A stretch of DNA of 64,000 nt, taken from Octopus bimaculoides (Eukaryota). Where the stretch lies: contig NC_068982.1 in NCBI RefSeq assembly GCF_001194135.2, positions 123,562,690 to 123,626,689 on the forward strand. Direction: 5' to 3'. The notes beneath the pieces are model-generated. The model did no database searches. It had not been told where the DNA came from and saw nothing but the letters and a program-made list of their open reading frames with translations. A program made the position numbers and the translations under genes. Below are positions 24,886 through 36,200 of this stretch, piece after piece; within the stretch, counting starts at the first letter, position 1; each line of letters opens with the position of its first letter.

Positions 24886-25142
24886 ATCTCATATACACTT
24901 CATGTTCACTGTCATCATAAGTTGTTTACGTATACTCAACTTTCTCTTAGAGCAGTAGACTCTATAAGCATGGGACAATAGTCAAAAGTACTTTTCTAGG
25001 TCAATGAATATGTTATTGTTCTCAGTTATAAATTCAGTAATCTCACTATAAGTAGCAACTGTAATTTAATGTCCAGACAGAAACCATGTTTTCCAGTACA
25101 GTGATACTTTTTACCAATTTTGAAATTAATTCATCAGCTTAA

Positions 25143-25494
25143 CCCCTCAGAACCCCAGTGGCCGCTATTCCAGCTGCCAGCCGCAGGTAGATACCGCAGG
25201 TTGTACTGTTTACAAATACCCCAGCAGCTGTTTTACCAGCCAGTATTTTCTGCATTGGAAAACCAGACAGTAACTGTTGATTTGACTGGCAGAAGTGCCA
25301 GTATTGGTGACCAAAAAAAAAAAAGCGGTAAGGGCAATGTTGCCTTCTATTTGGCATTTTATTTCAATATGAGAGACAGAAAATACATTTTAATGACACT
25401 GAATATTAAATAGGAAATAATTTGTTTTTGCTCTTTTATCCAGGGAAGCTGGGGTGAGGGTGCTGAGGGCACTGGGTATCTGGGGTTCAAAGGG
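25143..25494. mobile_element. piggyBac-type MITE
   Basis: TTAA-CCCCTCAGAACCCCAG ... CTGGGGTTCAAAGGG-TTAA. Confidence 0.75.
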
Positions 25495-26599
25495 TTAAGG
25501 TCTGTAATTTCTCTTGGTGCATTTTGTTTTGGTAGCAGTTGACAGTAGTGTTGCTGTCATGCCAGTCATTGAGAATGTTCCAGGATACGAACTTCCTACT
25601 TTAAATTAAAACCGTCCATTGAAATTTAATGTTAATATTCCGAAGATTAGCTTAATAACGTTGTTCTAAACTCTTTGTTATTTCCAAAACTGAAGTAAAA
25701 GTGTATGCCAACAGAAATATGGTAACAAATGGGTTAACTAACTTGTATACAACCAGTTCATCCATGAGGAGGCTTGCAGCTTTCAATGTTTAGATCTCTT
25801 GCAATCAGGATGACCAACATAAAAGATTATAGAATTGACTTCACATACCCAGTGATTAACAGCAAGCCCAGTTTTAGTGAGAGTAATCATAAATATCTTA
25901 GTGTTTCTTTGAGATCATTGATATACAAACATGGAGGTTATAATCTTGTTAAGCAGTAAAAACCCTCCTAGTGAATGTCTTTTTCTGTTTTGTTTTTTTT
26001 TAACTTCCAACTTAGTGACACTATATCTTGAATTAATACAAATGAACAAGTATCAACATGACTATATATATCTCGGTTCTGATAGATGCACTCATAACAG
26101 CAAGGCTAGAGCAAAGTAGTTCCACAATGGCCAACTAACTTAATGAATAGATTGGTTGGTTTTGCTTGAAAAACCCAATTAAAATTTTGTGAACTGTAAG
26201 TTTTGCACCTGGAATATACTTTACTTGAGATGTTCTGGGAATATACTTTGTTTAGATGTTACATTTGATTTAAAAGAATTTTTTTTTTTTATACCTAATC
26301 CTTTGTGTGATTAGGGATTTCTATTGGTGGCCTTACTAGATTGTGATGTACTTAATTTCCTTGTTTTGGTGGGGGTTTTGTATGACGGTTCTTGTCACAT
26401 GTTTATTTATTCACTTTTTTCTTTCTTTTGTACATATTCTGACATGAAGAGTAGATCATTGAGGCGTTATAGAATTTTATATTATTGTCTTGTGAGTTGG
26501 TTTATGATATGTGATTTAAGATAATGTTCAGTGTTTACAGACTAGCAAAATTCTTTGAATATCAGTCTTTCAGTATTTGTTCTAGGATCAACAAGTTTA

Positions 26600-26730
26600 A
26601 ATCCTATGGTCAGTTTTCCTTTTAATCCTTTTGGGATTGGTAAAATATAATAAAATACTGGGTAAGTGCTGATATTAATATAATAAACTAACCTTTTCCC
26701 CTCAGAATTGCTGGCTTTGTGCCTCACAGA
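26600..26730 (+). mobile_element. Degraded SINE family D
   Basis: CCTTTAATCCTTTTGGGATTGGTAAAAT...AATTGCTGGCTTTGTGCCT. Confidence 0.55.
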
Positions 26731-26829
26731 TCATTATTTTATGCCATTTTTCTGTTCTGATATGCTTGTTCAAGTCAATTCACATTCGGTTACCACTCTC
26801 TTAGGCAGTTTGTTGACCATGATCTTGCT

Positions 26830-27255
26830 GATTATCATTGTTTTAATGTCCATTTTTTCCCTCTTTGGATGGGTATGACAGAGTTAATTGTAGATTTTCT
26901 ATGGCCAGATGCTCTTCCAGCTGCCAAGCCATATCTATTTGGTAATATTTCCAAGCAAGTTAATATTTCCCCATTATCAGACATTTTGCAAAATTGGTAT
27001 TGTCTGACATTATTTAACAGTAACATAAGCTTTATGACTATCAAAGTGAGACACGTATATCTCTCTCTAAATATACAGGGTGTCCACAAAGTCTGGCTAC
27101 ATGGAGTAAATAGAATCGTAACGTAAACAATTAAATATAAGAATAATAATTTCTTAAAGTATGTGTTAATCCCCATGTACCCAGACTTTGTGGACACCCT
27201 GTATATTACATATAGTCTCAAATTCACTCACAAGTCTTTGGTTGGCTTTGCCAGC
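26830..27255 (-). mobile_element. SINE family E interrupted by a mariner MITE
   Basis: Tail/body at 26830-27065 and CORE part at 27210-27255. Confidence 0.7.
27076..27201. mobile_element. Tc1/mariner-type MITE (126 bp)
   Basis: TIR CAGGGTGTCCACAAAGTCTGG(C/G)TACATGG with TA flanks. Confidence 0.9.
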
Positions 27256-29199
27256 CACTTCACACAGAAATGTTGGCTGCATCTTATCACACCAGTGTGG
27301 GAAATGTCTCTGTTCACCAGCACCAAAAAGGTCTCTCTTTCTCTTTGCAATTCTGAAAGGAGTCTCTTCCTTGCCCTAACTCCATTTGTTTCTTTGTCAC
27401 ACAGCTGTTTGAGAAGAGAGCCAGGTCAAGAGGGTAATAGAATAAATATTTGGAAATCCTCTCTCTTAGCTTCCCAGCCATTGTCAGTTGTCAGATGTTG
27501 ACAACATAATAAACCTGACAAGTTAATGGATATTAGAATATACACAGTTTGTATGTTCTGGTATCCATTAACCTGTCATGTTAACCATGCTATTTACCTG
27601 TTGTGAAAAATCTAAATTGTTAGTTTGTTTACACACTGACTGACCAGTTCAAAGCTTGAACTTTCCTGGAATTAAAACTTACCCCAGTTTCCAGGTTAGA
27701 AGTGGTTGGAGATTATGTATCAACAGTGAGTTATATTCCTACTTTTCATTTGGATGAGCTTGTTGATAGCTAAAGCAGAAACATTAGGTGAAAAGCTACT
27801 GCATTCTGCAAGTTGGCTCTTCTGTTTGATCATGTATCTTACCTGCTGTTATGTGCTACAGTTCAGGTTGTATATAATCTGAGGATGTTCTGCATTATAC
27901 CAGCAAAGACTAGACTTTCGGTCTAGTAATTAATGTGAGTGTTTATTTTGATGTGTAGCTTTGTTAAACACCATAAGGCTATAAGGCCAGATTAATAGCA
28001 GCATGGCGAAGGCATAGTGATGTCAGTTTCTTTACAATTCAGTGTACTTTTAGATTATGAACCTGCATTTGAGCAATAGCTAATATGTAATATACTTTAA
28101 TATGATATAGAACTTCAACTCTAAAAGATGAACAAAATTTAACCTGGTCAAATGCCTTGTTTTTACCCCAAATACATCACTCTTTGATTAATTGGAATAG
28201 TAAACCTTTATCAGGTGGCAGAATATTTGTTCCGGTGTTATTCCAGGTGACAGTGTGTGCAACACAAAAATTGCTTGCTAAGTCTTCAAAGACTCGCTGA
28301 TGGTGGGGAAAAAAATCAACTGATCATGGAGACCATCATGCTTTAAATATGTAAATGCATTTGTAGCATAATGAAATTGGTCCAGGGGAATAATGTAACT
28401 CTTTGAAATGTCATTGATCAGTACTGATATAGTTATACATAGTCCAATTTGCCTTTGATAGCAGAATTAAAACTAGTGCTGTATAGATTAGGGTGGGCGT
28501 CCAATATTCTGAATGCTTGAAATATACATGAAGCAACTAAGACCAGCTTTGAAGATCTCGGCATTGTTACTTTTTAAGTACTTTGGATTCTTGTTTTGGT
28601 GATCACTCCCTTAATTTCACCTTTAGTTAGACAAATGAACACAGTATTAAGATGTGTCTCACTGTTGGTACAGCAATACTTGTATGATCATGGTTAAGCA
28701 TTTTCTCAATGCTGTTATATGGATAGATATGTCTGCCAGAACAACTCAACTGGCAAAAATTGAGAAGACTTACAGCTACTTCCAGCCCTACAAGAAGATA
28801 TTTGTGAGTTAAAATTGATGTTGCAGGTAACCCATATACAAGATTTCATTGTAAAAATATGTGTAACTATCTTTTTTTGATATGCTCTATAAGTTAACAA
28901 TAAAGCAAAAATATTTAGTCTTTGTATAATTAATTTTTTTTTTTCACAAACAGTTAAGATATAATCTTACTCCCACTTGTATGTGGAGTTTCATACATCA
29001 TTTCCTGCCCATGCCAGGTAAGCTGGGGCAGGTTTTGTAAGAAACTTTTTTTGTGACTATGAAACGTGAATCTGACCTATTTAATAATTAAATAAAAGGA
29101 TGTTTTGTCAGGCATATTGGATACAATCGGTAAATACTTTTAAGTTAGGATTTCAGAAAGGCACATGCTGTGCAATGTGTGAGAGAAAATTACAGAAGA

Positions 29200-29390
29200 A
29201 ACGAACAACTGGATCAAGTTATGGAGACAACTGATCCATGACGGGGGGGGGGGGGCTTCATGCCTGGATACTATCTTCTGAGTGAGGCAACTGCAGGAGA
29301 AATACATGGTTTAGAGTAGATCACTATTCTTGGCATCTGTTGACTTGGAAGGCTACTAAGGAAGCTAGGTGAGGGCTGTGCATGCCGTGA
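29200..29390 (+). mobile_element. RTE reverse-transcriptase fragment (decayed)
   Basis: LDQVME..GFMPG..DTIF*VRQLQEKY..LFLASVDLE, matching RTE DAIFLVRQLQEKY..LAFVDLEKAFD. Confidence 0.7.
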
Positions 29391-30888
29391 ACAGATAAAA
29401 TAAGGAGTCAGCAACCTTTTTCAGTGATGAATTTAGCATGGGGGTATCTTCTGTTGCACTGTTTGCAAACTGTACATTACAAATTGTAATATCTTTTATT
29501 TAAAAATCTGACAATAATTGAGCTATTTTCTATGCTATTAATAAGCATGTTAGAATGCTTAACAAACAGTCCCCATAACAGCACTTCTATTCAGATCTGT
29601 GAATTTGTTTTCTTTTCATCTGTTTTAGATGCTCTCCTTCCCCTAATAAACTATGATAAAGGCTTCTCTCTTGCGAGAAGAGTTCAATCATATAAAGTGG
29701 AACTGATTGTGGGATGAAGGATAGCTTGTTTTTGCTATAGTAGCATGGTAATTGGCAGAAAAAAAGATAAAGTCATAGGAATCACCAGCTAAAATCTCAG
29801 AATTTTATAATACAAAGTTGAGAAGCATGAAAAAAAAAAAAAAAGATTGTATTGCAGTAGTGATAGTAGGGAAAAACAGGTAGTTTTGTGTGTGTATGTG
29901 CACACAGATAGCTGGTGATTGAAAATCAGGGCATGGAAACAGCATATATGTATATTTATAGTCTACTCTTGTGTTGTTTAGGAGGAAGGGATTGTGACCA
30001 TGGTCCTTGCTTACCCTCTTAGGCAGAAAGTTCGTGTTCTCCTTCAGATGTTGGAAAACAACAGTTAAAGGGGAAAATATTGTGAAGAAGGACTTTGATA
30101 ATGATTAGTTGCTTGAGGAAAGGTGATATGAGATGGAGCAGAGGTCACTGAAGGTCACTACATTCCCCCTGTTCATTATAGTAAATTTACAACAAATTAT
30201 TGTGTTGTTGGCCATGTTCAACTAGGAATATCACTGTTCAGAAGTAACATTTCTGTACTCGAGAATTAAAGTTCAAGAAATAATCGTCTGCTAAGTTTGT
30301 GACACATCAGTAAAACTTAATAAGGATTATGCAAAAGATTTTGAAAATAGCCTGTTTCTTGTCAGCTTATCATGCATACCTTCAGCAGCTGAGTCAGCAG
30401 CTGCATTCCAATCTTCCCCAGCATTGGTTGCTTATATATTAATAGTATCTAACAGGCTGCTGAGGTATATGAGCTTTAGAAAGGTCTCTGTCTAGACGCT
30501 TCTTCTACAATCTGGCATTGCTTTTACTGTCTCTAAAACTTTACAATGAAGGTATTGAATGATTTTTTAAACCCCAGTAATTCTGAAGGTGCACAAAATA
30601 ATTATGATGGTAAGTTCTCCTTTTTCAGTTTTTCAGATGTTCATCAGGATATTGTATTTTTGCCCCTTTGTGTACTTTATATATTAAGCTAACATTCATT
30701 TACTCACACATAATGTCCATAAGTCTGCTATTTTTTTTTATTGTGAAGTTTCTTTAGTTTTGAGAGTCTTCAGGTAATCCTGTTTTTGTTTTAAAAAAAA
30801 AATTGTCACAAAATCTGAATTGCTTCTGTTTTGTATAATTTCATTTTTTTTATCTTATTACATTTTTTTTTCAGATTCCCTTGACATC

Positions 30889-31175
30889 ATGGATGTAGAT
30901 AATGAAGGCATTGAAAAGGAGATGGTTTTTGTTGATAACAATCACCATAAAGATTTGCTGTCATCTTTAAATTTGTTACAGAAAAATGGACAGTTCTGTG
31001 ATGTAAAGCTGGTAGTTGGAAAGCATGAAATCTCTGCTCATAAAGCTGTTATGGCTGCTGTCAGCACTTATTTTTTCAATCTGTTTACCACAAAAGATTC
31101 AGCTAATATGTATGAATTAACTGATGTTGATTATGAAAGTTTCCAACACTTACTTAATTATGCCTACACTGGACG
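30889..31175 (+). CDS. IVNS1ABP: Coding exon 1 (start, BTB domain)
   Basis: Acceptor ttttttcag|30875, ATG at 30889, MDVDNEG...NYAYTGR, donor cg|gtaagt (phase 2). Confidence 0.92.
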
Positions 31176-33269
31176 GTAAGTTAACAATTTCATATATTTT
31201 CTTTTTGTTTTTTTTTTATACATGAAACTGTTTTTATATTCTTTTTATTTTCATTTAAAGCTTGAAGAATGAAAATAAGGTAAAAAAGATATGCTGATAT
31301 CTTACTTCATTAAAATATCTCCATAATTTGATAGTTAATTAAATATTAAATCATCAGTTAACTAGATGTAGTTAAAGAATTAAGTTTTTGAGAAATGTAC
31401 AAAAACAATACCTAAATTGTTTGATTTATGTATCTGCATATTATTACAGCATACACATGAAAACATTCATTTGATAGTTTTCAAACAAAAAAATAATATA
31501 TATATATTTTAAGGCTTATATTTCTTTCCATAATTCTACGCATTAAAAAAAAAAACATATTTTTGTTACTTGCTGTGATATCTTGCTTTTAGTACTATAC
31601 AATTTATAATTTAAACTAACATGTTAATAATGTATCTCTATCAGATGTTAATTTTTATATTTGCTCTGTAACAGATACTCTCATGTCAAAGTGGAACTCC
31701 AAAAGTGGGTGAGCTTCACTTATGATATATTCACTAGTGAAACAAAAATCCAATATGCTGAAGTATGTTTTTATTTAGTATTATAATTTAGATTTATGAG
31801 CATTTTCTTAAATTGTCTATTTCTTTATTACTTTTTAAGAATATATTTTTTTCATTTTTGATTGTCCACTTGATCTATTTTTACTATATCTGCAATATGT
31901 ACACACATTTCTTGTAAAGCCCTTTTTTAAATTTATTTTCAGGTTCAAGAATATTTTTTCTACAACTGTTTGCTAATCTTAGTCATTTTTGATTTTCATT
32001 TTATTGAAATAGATATGATTTAATTTTCATTAATATAAAGTTCTTTATTTTTTTGAGTAATAATGTAATTTTAAACATGCATTTTCTTCTCACCATATTG
32101 AGCAGATTTAAAGTTTTGTGGTAAGAATATTATTTAAAATGTTTCAGTTATGAAATTGTATTATTCTGAAACTCCAGTCTTTTATGCATAGAGGTAATAT
32201 TTGTCTCTGTGATTATCCCTGCGTTCAAATATACCAAGTTGTATATGAACCTAGAGCTGAAAGAATTTTGAATGAAATTGAACTAGCAATAGTGCTCCTG
32301 TGCTAGTCACATGGTCTCTGAAGCTGTAGCTACCAAGCTACCTCTCCAATAAACTGCTATGAAATTTTGGAACTAAGTCCTAAAATAGACATGGCTAGAA
32401 AGACAAGCAAATGGTTTGAGCTAAGCAAATTTGCTTAGACAGAATAGTGGTATGATGGTAGTGCAGGAGCCTAAAAAGTTGTTAGTAAATATACAGGTTT
32501 ACAGTTTGGGTTTTGAATCCTGTCGAAAAACAATTACATTTTCATTTGACTTGTCCAGACAAATTGAGAGGAATCTAAACTGTTAGTCATTTGGTAATTT
32601 GTGACAGATCTGTGTTGCAAATAATGATTGGACCTGCTCTTGAAAATGCTTACTTTTCAAGCTTATTTATGTAATAAAGTTGAATTTTTAATGTAAAATA
32701 GTATACAATTATATATTCCCAATTCATTGTCTTTATCTTTTTTTTTATATATAAGTAAAAATTACATAGGAAACGTCTTCACACCTTTCTATGTAATTTT
32801 ATTTTTCTATAGTTATATCCATTTTAGTTGGCCATAAGTATATCAATTAAGTTCTATATCTGAACAAACAAAAAAAAAAAAAGATAAAGACAAGTAGCTT
32901 GCATTTATCTTATAGTAATTATACCTAAATCTTATTTTCTAAATCCTGACTATTTCTGTAACTTTGAAGAATTAGTTTATCATTCTCTTTTTTATTTGCA
33001 TTTTTTATTTTTATTAACCTCTTTTGCTGGCACATGAACATGCTATTTCCTAGTATTAAACACTGAAATTGATTTTATTCAATTGGAATGAACATGCTAC
33101 TATACTGATTTTTTTTCTTCTTTTTTTTTTTGTTTGTTTAATTTTTTTTATAGCACTAAAATGTCACATTTATGAATGTTTCTACTTCATATGGCAATTA
33201 CCAATCACTATTCCATGACATTAAACATTATTGTGTGGAGAGAGAGAAAAACAAAACAATTCTTAATTT

Positions 33270-33301
<32 letters not shown>

Positions 33302-35980
33302 AAAATGAAATTTGATTTAATAATCAATAGTTATAGATGATAGACTCATATTTAGAAAATCCCTTAAAATTGTTTAATATTTTTCTAAAATTTTAACCAA
33401 TAATTTGAATTCGACCTAAAAAGGATTTTTTTATACATCTGCTGCTCTAAATGCGAAACACTTTTCTGTAGCAGAAATTTTAATATTTTGAAGAAGAAAA
33501 ACTGATTTCACAAATTATTTATATTGAATATGCATATATATCAGTTTGTGATTTATTTAATTGGGTTGGTAATTGATCAGAGAGGAAGAAAGAAAATATA
33601 TATTCCAACCGTCAATTTTTTAATTTTTTTCCTTAAAATTGCTTTTATAGTCTGCTCTGAAGGTCATTCACTAAACCAGGTATTATAATGCTCCAATGTT
33701 TGTTAATACATGAATTTGTATTCAAATTTAATTAAAACGTAAATATTTATTTATGATAAAAACTTACAATGGGACTCCACTAAATAGTTTATGTAGCTTT
33801 ACCATTTATTCCTCGTGGATTGTAAATATTTATAAACATTTTTACATTTTAACCCTTTAGCATTTAAACCAGCCATATCTGGCCAAGTATTCTACCTGTT
33901 ATATGTTCAAACCAGCCAGATCTGGCCTCTCATGCCTACCCTACAGTGTCATTCTAAGAATATACAATCGTATCATGGAAGTCACAAAGCTACAAGATAA
34001 TGCATGATTAATTCAAAACAATGTAAATAAATAAGCATTACATTTGATGGAGTAATCTGAATGCTAAAGGGTTAAATATTCAGTTCCCACTATTTCCCTT
34101 AGAAATTTCTCCTCTCTTTCCGCCTGTTGAATAAAATTACCAATTCAAACTCAAGTGATGACCATCACTGCAGACTGTAATACAGTTATCGTAAATATAA
34201 ATTGTTTTCCTCTGTCTTTACTGTACTACAGGCAGGTAAGTTAACTACTGTAATGTACGGTAACAACCTCTCTTTATGCCTCCTGCAGACTGCAGCTTCC
34301 AGGTGCGGAGGTAAAGACAGTGTACAAGGCAGCCATGCAATTCCGGATTGCTTCAGCAGCCAAGGCCTGCTCTGATTTCCTGGTGGCTAACCTCTCCCCT
34401 TCAAATTGTCTTGGTATTTATCATTCTTGGGACACATTCTCTTGGTTTGTCAGTAGTTACTGTCTTAACTGCAGCATTCTCTGCAGTTGAGGAACTTTTC
34501 TCCCTCCCTCTTTCTCTATCACCCTCTTTTTCTCTTTCTTTTCCTCTTTTCTTTCCCTCTCTCTCTCATCCACTTTCCTTTTTCACTCTCACCCTCTCAT
34601 TTACTTTTTTATTTCCCTCAGTAAATTTTTTTAAAAACTATAATTGATCAGTATTCTGAAATCTATATGATCTATATATCTATAATATCCTATTTTGATT
34701 ATTTTGTATTAAAGATAAGATTAAATATTGGTTTGTTGATTAGCTAGTAAATTGTATTGTGAAATTCTGATAATTTATAATACTTCAATTAAAAATATCT
34801 TCAGGAAGGCTAGAAACTTAGATGTATAGTGATAACTTTGGTAATTGATCCTTTATGTTGTAAAGGAAACAAATTATTGATTTTTAAATAGATTCAGCTA
34901 AGTAAGTTATATTTTTATTTTGAAAATAGCTTATTCTTAATATTATAGCTGAAAAAAATATTTACTTACCTATTTCACTAATTTGCTATTTTAATATTCT
35001 AAAATTCCTTGTACTTAATATATAATAGACTGGAATTTTCCTAATTTTCTCTTTTGGACAGGCACTAGATTTTATTGCTTAGAAATAATGATTTATTCAA
35101 TAGTTTTGTTTCAAATGTATCTTGTCTTTCTTAAATGCTTTCTTCTTGAAAAGTGCATGAGAATAATATTCCTGTCACTATATGTAAATATATTTGTCTT
35201 GGTGACAACACTATGGAATAAGTTTTTAACGCTTTATTCAAGATTCTTGTATACATAATATTATTAATATACCTTTCTTGCTGTTACTATTCTGTGTTAC
35301 TTTTCGTTGCTAAATTACTTTTTGAAACAAAATTTTCCATATCATTCCTGTTAATTCTGTATTTGTCAGTATTTAATTTATTAATTGCTGTAAAAGACTT
35401 CTTTTTGTTTTTTCATTTCTTCATTGCATCATAAGACTTTAGAATAAGGTTAAAAATACTTGTCCAAAACAAAATTTTTATAACTACTACCATAGAGTTT
35501 ATTTATAGTCAGTATTGTGCTAAAAATATCTACATCTATATATCTACACACACATCTAATAATTGGCAAATATCTGTATATCATTAATGTAGTTTTACTT
35601 ACGTATCACATACTATGAATTGTTTTAGCTAAGTTAAAAATTTCTATTTTCTTTTTAATCACATTTATTTAGTTAAACACCTACCAAATAGTTTTCATTA
35701 CAATACTGCAGTTGTGGCTAGTATCAGTTTCCAAGTTGCCAACATTGATGGTTCTTTTTCTTATTTCTGTTCTGAGATTAAGGCATCACTGTATCAATTG
35801 TTAGGTATGATAGTGAATGTGCATCACATGTATCTAGGCTTTTCATTTTAGTTTCTTTTAAATCAATGGAAGCAAAAATAATGTAATAATTAGCAGTTTT
35901 TGTTTACATAAGCTATTAAGTATTTCAAGTAACAATTACTATCTAGTGTTACAATTAATACTTCTGAATGACCCACTTTC

Positions 35981-36027
<47 letters not shown>

Positions 36028-36153
36028 ATATTTATATCTCTGTGTTAAATGTGGGCATGTATGTGGGAATATGTAATGTGTGCATGTATATGAGTATTTC
36101 ATGTGTATGTATCCGTTATAGGTATTTTATGTGCTTGTATGTCTATATTGAAA

Positions 36154-36200
<47 letters not shown>

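Noticed and set aside
30820-30874. N-terminal extension of the BTB ORF from a TTG start
   Set aside because: It is the polypyrimidine tract of the intron; the acceptor at 30874 and ATG at 30889 explain the ORF.
32421-32438. Perfect 18 bp palindrome CTAAGCAAATTTGCTTAG
   Set aside because: About one is expected by chance in 62 kb of AT-rich DNA.
34201-34235. Possible mutually exclusive copy of the exon 1 end (YCTTGR vs YAYTGR, same phase and donor)
   Set aside because: An in-frame TAA at 34198 lies only 11 codons upstream and there is no further similarity; kept only as a microexon or recursive-site candidate.
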